DNA of 13,986 nucleotides from the NCBI GenBank assembly GCA_043228905.1, contig JBHGNT010000909.1, forward strand, positions 1-13,986, read 5' to 3'. The position numbers and the translations under genes are program-made. The notes beneath the pieces are model-generated. The model did not search any database. It was not told the DNA's origin and saw nothing but the letters and a program-made list of their open reading frames with translations. Positions within the stretch are counted from its first letter, which is position 1. Each line of letters starts with the position of its first letter. The stretch comes from Azolla caroliniana (taxonomy: Eukaryota > Plantae > Polypodiophyta). Shown here in pieces: positions 1 to 9,079 of the stretch.

Positions 1-1135
1 ACTCATTCCATTGATATTTTTCGTCAGGATAAATTTTTAGGAGAATCATGAAGGCATGGTGGGATTTGAAGCATAATTTGGTCCAATCTCTACCATCATG
101 TACGGAGGAATGGTTGCGTCAACCCCTCATAATGAACCCACCATTTCTTACAGAGGAGGGGGTAATGTTATGGAAGAGAACTAGGCTGAAGTGGGTTGAT
201 TTTGATAAAGGAGAAGTTGGGTCATAAAGGAATTGACCGACTTTTTCTTCTTCGACAATGGAGAACAAAAACCATGCTTATAGAACAATTTGGAGAGGGA
301 ACATTATGTACGCAGAGATGGATAGAGTGTTTACGATGTCTTCCTTTCAATGTTCTCAAATTCGCCCATTCTGGTATGGTATTGTTGGGGATCATGGGCT
401 AAAAAAACTCTCATGAATGTCTTTATTTTGATGTTTTGCTTTCTGGAAAACTTCGTTCTATCTTTATGGAAGACAATGTTGTAACTTAAGGGAGTATGAT
501 GCCTATTTGTATATTGTGGAAGAATGGTAAAAAGTGGATATTGAATCCCAAATCCAAATGATACAAATAGTTTATTTGAATTGTGGGTTTATGAGAATAA
601 GCCCATGGATCACCTTCTTAGGGATCCAGGTGAGTGGAAATGGCAAATATATCGACGTACGGAATATTGGGTAAGCAAAATCCCTTTTTTCTAGTACTTT
701 GTAAAAGTGGGTAGAGAATTGCTAAGGAGGGTTTTGGCTGTTGTGCTTGCAGCTTATAAATTTTGGAGATTCGGTAGTGTGTATAAGACTCTTGGTTGGG
801 TGTTTATTGGAAATTGTTGTGGGCCGTGCAAATTCTTAAAAAAATTGTATTGTTTAGATGGTTGTTAGTATAATATGGGATTCCTATGAAGTCATGGATG
901 TGGGGGCATCGCCGTGATTTAAAATGTAATAGTTGTGGTTTTCATATTGAATTGGTTCACCATGTCTTATGGATATGTCCTATTGGTTGAGCAGTTTGGA
1001 AAAGAGTATTGAGAATTACGTATCCTGTTTATGTTAAACAGATGTACACGTAGGGTTTTGTGAGATGGGGAAGGCTTGATGAAGAAATACAAAATTATGA
1101 AAAGGAGTGTGGTGTTTTTCTTCTTCTTTTATGCT
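1..1135 (+). mobile_element. Degenerate non-LTR retrotransposon (LINE, L1-type) ORF2 C-terminal region with zf-RVT zinc-binding domain; runs off the window start
   Basis: Manual translation 808-~1000: WKLLWAVQILKKIVLFRWLLV*YGIPMKSWMWGHRRDLKCNSCGFHIELVHHVLWICPIG*AVWKRV. This fits the W..LW...KI..F.WLL...CxxC...E...H..W.CP...W pattern of the LINE zf-RVT domain. Upstream frames give IMKAWWDLK...EEWLRQPLIMNP (45-140) and DPGEWKW (623-643), which resemble plant LINE ORF2 segments. Multiple stops and frameshifts; no poly(A) tail seen. Family call is by motif recognition, not a database search. Confidence 0.8.
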
Positions 1136-1138
1136 ACA

Positions 1139-1543
1139 ACAATTAGTTTTTTGGTAGAGGACAAGGTTTGGCTACAATATTTCTTTAGTAATTTGGGTAT
1201 TGTGGAAGGCAAGATTTAAATGTGTATTTTAGAAAGTCAAACAAAATGCGGTTGAGTTTTTATTATATATTTTTTAAAGAAAGATACACCATAGTATATT
1301 ACTTGAGACATGCACATAGAGCAAACAGAAGGAGACATTTCATCTCACTTCAATTGTGATACAAAGGCAAGTACCAACATTTGATCAAACAAATGATATC
1401 ATATAAGAAATAAATGTGGTTGAGTTATTCTAGACAATTAGTTTTTTGGTAGAGGACAAGGTTTGGCTACAATATTTCTTTATTAATTTGGGTATTGTGG
1501 AAGGTAAGATGAGAAAGTCAAACAAAATGCGGCTGAGTTATTC
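1139..1543. repeat. Direct repeat pair (1139-1258 and 1434-1539), starts 295 bp apart
   Basis: ACAATTAGTTTTTTGGTAGAGGACAAGGTTTGGCTACAATATTTCTTTA[G/T]TAATTTGGGTATTGTGGAAGG[C/T]AAGAT...AGAAAGTCAAACAAAATGCGG[T/C]TGAGTT occurs twice. Copy 1 carries a net 14-nt insertion. Confidence 0.95.
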
Positions 1544-1902
1544 AAGGAGATATAATTGATGTTTTTACATACTCTAAGAGGTCAATATGAGGCAATAACT
1601 GGTGAGCTTGATGTTATGTTTCATAATCATCAACATTTTAGAGAAATGTGGACAAAGGCAGAGAGGTCTTCACCTCTTTTGGGGAGAGAATAAAGTGGAG
1701 ATATGCTCCACCAAGGTAGCTTTTTCCACCTCCCATTATGGAAGGATCCCGATTTTAGATGTGTAAATATAGTTTCTATGGTAGCTATATGAGGGCCTTT
1801 TCTATTCGACATGTTGGTTGATGTGGGTATGGTGGTTGTGTTTTCATGTATGAGTTCTTTGTAACCTTTGGCATCTTTCCATGAAAATCAAGGTGAATCT
1901 TT

Positions 1903-1937
1903 GAAAAAAGAAAAGAAAGAAAAGAAAGAAAGAAAGA
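1903..1937. repeat. A-rich (GAAA/GAAAA)n microsatellite
   Basis: GAAAAAAGAAAAGAAAGAAAAGAAAGAAAGAAAGA read directly. Confidence 0.85.
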
Positions 1938-2187
1938 TATCATGGATCGATCAATATCGTGTTCGACCAACACCTCTAATTGATGTTCATGGTCATAGCC
2001 ATATATACAACAAGGAGACTATTGTGTACAGGAGATGGGGGTTCAATGGTTTGATTTATCTAGGATCACACACTCACAAACTAAACTCTATTATCCACTC
2101 CACACTCGTAATCCCCAAGTTAGGAGACTTAAAACATAGAGATAAAAACCTTAAATATGCTACATGAGTTCCCCAAATATGTATGGA

Positions 2188-2640
2188 TTATAGAGAGGGA
2201 ATCGGCTTGCTTACCAAAGCAAAGCGTTCATCTAAGATAGCCAAAGAAATCCAACTTGAGTTGGATGAAAGGAACTCAAAAAATATATATGTGATTCTTA
2301 AAATTAGAACAATAAAAGTATGCTCCTGAACTTTCCACAATGACCACATGATATTAATTAGAACTCCCTCACAAGAATTAGCCATTAGAAAATGCAACCC
2401 ACCCTTATAGATAGTAAACAACTTTTGGCATGGACAACTTCAAAATAACAAAGATATCAAGGGAGATGAACTTAAAGTTAGTCAAGAAGGGGTGCTAAAA
2501 GATAATATTAAGCATTGGTCAGACACTTCATATGTCTTAGGTGATACCAACATTAGTCCAAAGCAACAACATGGGGGGCTTGTAAATATCAAGAAAGAAG
2601 CCTAATGTCCCCATATGAGAAAACGGACAAAGATGGAAGT
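2188..2640 (-). mobile_element. Possible highly decayed LINE ORF2 3'-end fragment
   Basis: One minus-strand frame gives FLIWGH ... INIMWSLWKVQ, loosely like the W.IWK.RN motif near LINE ORF2 C-termini. Several stops; weak support. Confidence 0.25.
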
Positions 2641-4331
2641 ACTTAAATGCTAAACTTTCTAGAACTAGAGTCTTTCCTCTCTAATAGCTTTAACTTAATC
2701 CTTGAGCAAAAGGACTTAAACCTTAACTTCCCGTTGTAAGTGTTTAAACTTTTTAAATTGTTAAACCTCTCTAGTGTTCACCTATGAGGTGCAATTGGTA
2801 TATGTTGTTTAAAAAAGCACAATGTTGTTGGTTTAAGGTTTACTGTGTTATTGTCAAGTGATAAATTATCAAGCATGAGAGTGTAGGTTAGGTCTTTATA
2901 TTACCACATTTTATTAAGAAAACTAAAAGTGGATAGATATGTGGAGTTTGCTATAGTGGCCCAATTATTCTATCAATAATATGATGCATGCCTTCACTCA
3001 TCTTATCAACAATACAATGTATGATCACCCAAATGAGTTACCAACCAACCAACTGCGTCTTTGCCAGACAATATTTGCCAGTAGTGCATCCCACTCGACC
3101 CGAGGATTTAGTTTGTTCCTTGCTAAAATATCTTTGAAGAACTTGTATTGATTTTCCAGGTCAATCCTCACGAGCGGATATGGGGAGGATGGTGTCAAGG
3201 AAATACCTCTCGTAATAGCAAGTAGGAAAACTGATTTAATTGACATTTCTTGAGTGTGCATATCTACCTGCTTATTTGCACATGAGCTATTTGTTTTAAC
3301 TAATCTTAGTATAACAACTCGTTGTTCGTTGATAATATTATTGTTTTCTTTTGCTTTGTCTTGATTGTTGTGTGTTGTCAATGGAGTTCAATCCCCTTAA
3401 TCGTTCTTCCACCTTTTCTTATTCCTAATTCATGTAGAAAAGATGCATATGGTGAAGAAAATGGAAATGAACACTAGAGGGGAGTGGACACGAACATGGA
3501 AGAGTGATTATTGGAGGATGGTAAGTTAGTGTAGAGAGGAAAACTTTTCATTTAAAAAATGAGTCACCAAAAAACTGCATAAGATGAGATCTGAGAGGGG
3601 TGCACGAATTATATATACATAGCTTTGTGCTTTTTTTAAAAATGACTTCAATATTGTTCTTTTTTCTCCGACCCCATATCTCTTTTCAAATGTTTCTATA
3701 TCATGCTTCTTAAATACTTTTACTTTTTCTATATGTTAATATTATCCTCACCTAAAGTTGTAGTACCTCACGGGATAGGTCATAGTCTTTGCTCTGGCAC
3801 TGCAATGGACTTACGTCAAAGTTCAATGCTAATATTTTATTAGGAACGGTTTAGAATTCATGCTCCTAAACAATTGCATATTCTAAGATCATTTTTTAGT
3901 TGTCGTACATTTATAAATTGTGAATCAGAATATACATATATAAGAGGGTGCATTCTCTTATCTTTGTCTAACAAATATTGTGCAATAACGTTTGTGAGGA
4001 TGGTTGATTTCTCTAGCTTCAAGTTTGACAAAGTTTCAATTGTTGTCTATTGTCTTAAATTGATGAAAGGATCCATCTTTTGTATACAATAAAATGTTTA
4101 AAAAAAAATTCATCCTTGTGTAACAAGCTTCACTTTGACCTTCTCCCTCATATGCTAACTTCTCCAAAGCCAAATTTGTCTCAAATTCTAAACCTCTTTG
4201 CATCACATATTGATCACAAAGTATGTGTCAAACTTCTCATACTTCCTTTTGTGTTAATCAACATTGAACTAATCATGCTTGTGACAATTAACAATTTCTG
4301 ACAAAAAAAGTCGTGTGCACATCTTTTGAGA

Positions 4332-4448
4332 TGTAAGGTGGTATTGCTTACGAGGATTTCTTGAGGATTTCGGAGTTACCATGTGAGGGGAGCCTATTTC
4401 AGTTTGATGTTCAACCAAAGTTGCATTGACATTACGAAGAACCAAGTG
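4332..4448 (+). mobile_element. Ty1/Copia RNase H fragment (degenerate)
   Basis: With two frameshifts it reads CKVVLLTRI/LEDFGVTM*GEPISV*C/NQSCIDITKNQV, matching the Copia RNase H consensus CEA.WL..LL.DLG.....P..L.CDNQS.I.IAKNPV. No LTRs or other pol domains recognised nearby. Confidence 0.65.
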
Positions 4449-4717
4449 AGGAAAAAATGTGATTATCTAGTTCCATTGGATGGACAATCATCAATCCACC
4501 TAGGAGGCTCTTAAACTTCCTTTATCCTTACACAAATTTTTATTATCTAGTGAACATTGACATATTGCATTTCTAAAGTAATCTTGCTATGATATCTTTT
4601 CTCTCTCAAGTTTGTTAGATCCTTGGATTTCATTCACTCTTCTCAAGGTTTTATCTAGTGAGTCACACAAATCTTGCTCTTTAAAATATCTAGTGTTGTT
4701 TGAGGTACGCATCTCTT

Positions 4718-4741
4718 TAAACCCTAAACCCTAAACTCTAA
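4718..4741. repeat. Short interstitial plant telomere repeat (AAACCCT x2 plus one variant AAACTCT)
   Basis: TAAACCCTAAACCCTAAACTCTAA read directly; it is the complement of the TTTAGGG plant telomere unit. Confidence 0.8.
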
Positions 4742-7092
4742 CGAGTTACCTTAATGTTATGGAGAATCATAAGGTAAAACTCTTGTATTGCTTTAACCTT
4801 AACCTAAGTAATATGGTGAGGTCATGACATTTACAATACAACATTGAGTCAAGCTCATGTATATGTGAATTGGAATATTTATAAGAAAATGTTAACATTG
4901 TGATGGTTTTGAAGTTACACATTTGAATGAATATTACTATGATATTGTCCAAATAAAATTGGAATATTGCCATAAATTCTATGGATCCATTATAAATGAT
5001 AAATGTAACTCATCTTTTTGTTTCAAGTTTGTTCATTATTTACAAGGTATTTTTAGCATTTAAAATCTAATGAATCAAATAATTTCATAACGTGATTCTA
5101 AGTGAGCATCTCTTGAGTCCTACTAAGAGGAAATCTAAATTGTATTATCTTGGGCCTATATGTGGAGGGTGGAGTGGCCAATTGTATCTCAATTGCCCTA
5201 ATGTATTGTCTTAACGAAAACACATATGTGATTATCTTTGATATATCGTGTCATTATTAGTCTAAAAATAAACTTATGATAGAAGCACACATTATGGAAC
5301 TATCTACTCAACTTCAACAATTAGTCTTGCGAATTTATATGAATATGAACACATGGAAAATGTATTGATAACTGTAAATCATTTAACTTTCATTGAAACA
5401 CAAATCCACATTCACACAAATTGTTCAGATGTTATGAAGCAAAATAAGACTAATGTACCAAGCAACCAGGTGGTTGTTTCCGCCAATGGCTCAAGAGATG
5501 TAAATATGTGTAGTTGCGATACAAATAACTTACCATTCTTGTTTACCCGGATAACTTTGTTGTAAAAGTGTAGGTGGGATAATTTTGTTTGAAATGCGGG
5601 GTTGGGGATTATGATTAGATTTGTGAGGGGAAGGCCAATGTGAGTTTTGGTGAATTTGCTTTCGGTTTTTGGAGTTGTTGGATATATACATCTCTCTAAG
5701 GTTAGGCCTTTGTGAATCTTAATGGCTGAACTTTGATGTATTTTGTTTTCTAACTAATGTGAAGCAGTGTTTTTTTCGGAAAAAAACAGTTAATTTTCTT
5801 TAGAATGTTATACAATGTGACAAGGAATAAAAATATTAAAAATGGGGTAATATTTTTATTTCATTATATCTGTGCGGTTCCCATAATCGCAAATATCAAT
5901 AATTCAATTACGTACATTATCTGATAAGGTTGTGCATAAGGTCTTTTAAAGGGACCTTTCATTGGGTGACTTTGTTAATTCTATTTCGTTGCAACACACT
6001 ATTCCAATTTAATTTTGGCTTTTCTCTAAAAATGATTCTATATGTTGAATACAATACAATTAAATGTAGTATTTTGTGTAGTTTCATTATCAATTTTTAA
6101 AGTAGCGGTAATTGGTCATGTTCAGAGTCAGTACTCAAGTCTCCCTCATGAAATACTAACTTTAAATGTTAAATTGAGATGATTGTGACTAGTTTGTCTA
6201 GCATGTTGACATGTTTTACTAGTATTGGCATACGGGAACCATTAGCATATCATGTTCATTATTGTCATGTTTTTAACATCAACATAAGAAGATTAACGTA
6301 AAATATGTCCACAAATTTTACACAAAATGCATATGTTCATTATTTGCAAATTCCGCCTTCTCCATTAAATGTTTAGGAATTGTCATGAAGAAAATATTCA
6401 CATAAAATTTGATAGATTAGATTTACACTATAAAATTTCTTCTATTGAACTTTGAGGTAGTGCCATATAATGGAAAACTTTATTAGCATTACCTCAAAAT
6501 ATTAGGGCACTTGGATTAAGCAAACCTATGAAATATGCATCAACATGTGAGTCTCAACAAACTCAAGTCGAATAGAAAAAAAAAAGATGTCATGCAATGA
6601 GTTCCAAAATTGGTCATTTGAGACAAGATGTCACATTTTCTAATTTTGTTATTCATCCATTAATGCTGTCAATTCAAATTGAAAGCTTTGAGTAAAACTA
6701 TTTTGTTGAAGCCCTACTACAAATGAGATTATGAGTTAGTTGAGTCACCTAAAGCAGACACTTGGCATTTATATTGGTAGGCTTTAAAAGTTTTGATGTG
6801 AGAGGATGAGATTGAGGGGTGTTATATGTAGAAATTGTCGCACTACAACATAATTGAGATGAACATATTCACAACATGTGAAAACGATGAAATTTGCATA
6901 ACAATCAAAGACTGAAGGCTGAATTTATCTTTAGCCATTGACAATGTCATATAAAGATAGTGCAAGTGGGCTAGGCTTTCGTATTGGTTGGTAGCAAAGG
7001 TACATATAATTGAAACAATTTATTCATTGAGATGTTTATTTGTTAAGCTTCTTGGCCAGTTGGCCAATGCCACATACAGAAATTTGTATCAA

Positions 7093-7096
<4 letters not shown>

Positions 7097-7156
<60 letters not shown>
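7097..7156. repeat. (GA)30 microsatellite
   Basis: Perfect dinucleotide run read directly. Confidence 0.98.
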
Positions 7157-7159
<3 letters not shown>

Positions 7160-8001
7160 TTTTGCCTACTATGCATTAAATTGACTGTTCATTTTGAATT
7201 TTTTTCCAACGAGTATTGCAATTGAGAGTGCATAACATGATTACGAGAGGAATGTGCATGGGAGTGGATAGGAGTGGCAAAGTGCGGAAAACAAACTTGA
7301 ATATTGTCAAAGGCTTTTAGCATAGTAACAAACTTGATATATAGGCTCTTGAACTTGTTTAACGCAACATATGCAAAGTTGATATGTGTCTTCTTGCAAC
7401 CAGGCTTATGCTCTTCATATCTTTCCCATTCCAAGAGAAAGTGAGGTAACTCATATGAAAGAAATGGTATGGATGGTGGAGAAATGAATGAGCCCTAGCA
7501 TATATTGGTGATTGTGATTCCCTTGTTCGAAGTTGAAGAAGTTTTTGTACTTTGGTGCAAGATATGTAATATAATGTGTGAAAGGTGAACCTTCATATCT
7601 TTCACAAGCTATGATACATTAGCATTACAAACAAACCTCATTCATGGAGGAATCTATTGACACATCATTTAAAAAAGGTAATGCATCCCATTTTCCAAAC
7701 CATTTCTTCATATCCTACATACATGTAGAAAGCCATATTTTTGCTAGTAAGTGTCTTCTGAATTTGTTGACTTGATTCCCATGTGATTCTAGGACGTCGA
7801 TATGACAGGGTTTATTAAACCTTATGCAAATACTCAACAATTATTTTCATATCCATGATCTTAATGGAAAGTGATATAGTCTTAAAACAAAGGAGAATGT
7901 AACTTCATAAGGAAGCACTCCATACTTTAACCCTAGATAAATAGATTTTTAATATCCACGAAAGACTAGTTGTGATCTATAAGACAAGGCCTACGCCATG
8001 T

Positions 8002-8002
<1 letters not shown>

Positions 8003-8047
<45 letters not shown>
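8003..8047. repeat. (AG)22 microsatellite
   Basis: Perfect dinucleotide run read directly. Confidence 0.98.
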
Positions 8048-8050
<3 letters not shown>

Positions 8051-8095
8051 CATAGTCTTTTGTATTGGAGTGCTACCACTCCATACTTGAACTCT

Positions 8096-8203
8096 AGATA
8101 GATAGATAGATTTTTAATGTCGACAAAAGACCAATTGTGATATATGAGAAGGGGCCTAGGCCATGGCCAAAGATAGAGATAGACATAGAGAGATAGAGAG
8201 ATA
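8096..8203. repeat. Short (AGAT)n run and degenerate AGATAG/AGAGAT low-complexity tract
   Basis: AGATAGATAGATAGAT at 8096-8111 and AGATAGAGATAGACATAGAGAGATAGAGAGATA at 8171-8203. Confidence 0.7.
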
Positions 8204-8588
8204 AACGTCCACAAGAGGCAATAATATGAACAATAGGCGAGGTTGAGCAGATAGCGAGGATTGAACTTCTGCTCACTCAAATGCATGTGATTCAATGCTA
8301 CAACTTTCCGAAGCTAACTCCACACTAGTTTTTGTTTTTGTTTTTACAAACCCTTGTACATGCAAGTACTTGGGGGGTGACGCGAGCCTTCGACTACATC
8401 GGTCGGTAGGGAAGATATATATGAACCTAGACACAGAGACAAAAAGTGTGTGCGTTTCCTTCCTTGACTTACTTTTCTACTGTTACGAAGCTGGTCATGC
8501 TTTTTCTGATACGGTCCTTCAACGGATGGTACAGGGGGGTGGGGGTGGGGTCCATGTGTCCAACAGGGACATATCTATGAATGGAGAT

Positions 8589-8611
8589 GGGATGGGATGG
8601 ATGGGCATGGG
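8589..8611 (+). promoter_or_regulatory. Canonical G-quadruplex-forming motif
   Basis: GGG-AT-GGG-ATGGAT-GGG-CAT-GGG fits G3(N1-7G3)3. Folding and function are untested. Confidence 0.55.
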
Positions 8612-8680
8612 TTCATCTTCTACTCTCCTGGGATCTGTGTGTGGTGTGTGTATGATTGGGGTTCTTGATTGATTTCTAGC

Positions 8681-8687
8681 TATTTAA
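8681..8687 (+). promoter_or_regulatory. Candidate TATA-like box of the kinase gene
   Basis: TATTTAA lies ~40 nt upstream of a pyrimidine (Y-patch) tract and ~310 nt upstream of the ATG. Inferred from position only. Confidence 0.35.
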
Positions 8688-8727
8688 GAGTCAGAAAATA
8701 AAGACAAACCAAGACTTGACCTTGAGA

Positions 8728-8751
8728 CCTCTTCTTCTCTCTCTTCTCTCT

Positions 8752-8795
<44 letters not shown>
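8728..8795. repeat. Pyrimidine tract with (TC)20 microsatellite; likely core promoter/5'UTR Y-patch or GAGA element
   Basis: 68-nt pure C/T tract with a perfect (TC)20 at 8755-8794, ending 200 nt upstream of the kinase ATG. Confidence 0.9.
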
Positions 8796-8797
<2 letters not shown>

Positions 8798-8877
8798 TTA
8801 TATCATAATTCCAGTCTTAGTTATCTGTTTTCCATCGCCCATTTTCGCCCTGAAGCCCCAGAACAAGCCCCAGAAAC

Positions 8878-8934
8878 ATGAACATGACCCCAAAGCTTGA
8901 AGCTTCCTTCAGTTGCCACCAAAGATTGTACTAA
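8878..8934 (+). promoter_or_regulatory. Candidate upstream ORF, 18 aa (MNMTPKLEASFSCHQRLY*)
   Basis: ATG at 8878, second in-frame ATG at 8884, TAA at 8932-8934, ending 60 nt before the main ATG. Requires a TSS upstream of 8878. Confidence 0.45.
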
Positions 8935-8948
8935 TATTCTGATCAAAA

Positions 8949-8980
8949 TTTGATTTGATTTGATTTGATTTGATTTGATT
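8949..8980. repeat. (TTTGA)6 pentanucleotide repeat in the presumed 5'UTR
   Basis: Read directly; ends 14 nt before the ATG. Confidence 0.95.
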
Positions 8981-8994
8981 CATTCTTCTTCTTG

Positions 8995-9079
8995 ATGGGG
9001 AATTGTGTCGGAGTTGCTGCTCAGGTTCAATCTAATACTCCCCCTTCTTCTTCCTCCCAAAGTCTGTCGGATGATCCTA
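8995..9079 (+). CDS. RLCK VII kinase exon 1 ([28 protein letters not shown]); not in the ORF track
   Basis: Gly2/Cys4 myristoylation-palmitoylation motif and Ser-rich linker. Donor A|GTGAGT at 9080, phase 1, matches exon 2. Confidence 0.88.

Noticed and set aside
196-402. 68-aa ORF
   Set aside because: Off-frame reading of the decayed LINE; no independent coding signal.
1139-1543. TRIM or CRISPR-like interpretation of the direct repeats
   Set aside because: No TG..CA termini, PBS, PPT or target-site duplication seen. Only two long copies in eukaryotic DNA, with no cas genes.
1868-2167. 99-aa Lys/Glu-rich ORF and overlapping minus-strand ORFs
   Set aside because: Non-ATG start; composition comes from the GAAA microsatellite; no recognisable domain.
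3025-3381. 118-aa minus-strand ORF
   Set aside because: TTG start, no recognisable motif and no supporting exon structure. A BLASTX search would settle it.
2937-5185. Similar short strings ATATGTGGAG...AGTGGCC(C)AATT near 2937 and 5158
   Set aside because: Too short and gapped to distinguish from chance by eye.
6988-7179. ORF with an RE dipeptide repeat
   Set aside because: Translation artefact of the (GA)30 microsatellite.
8295-8672. 125-aa Gly-rich ORF upstream of the kinase
   Set aside because: Openness is explained by G/T-rich low-complexity promoter sequence; no domain. It cannot be fully excluded without expression data.
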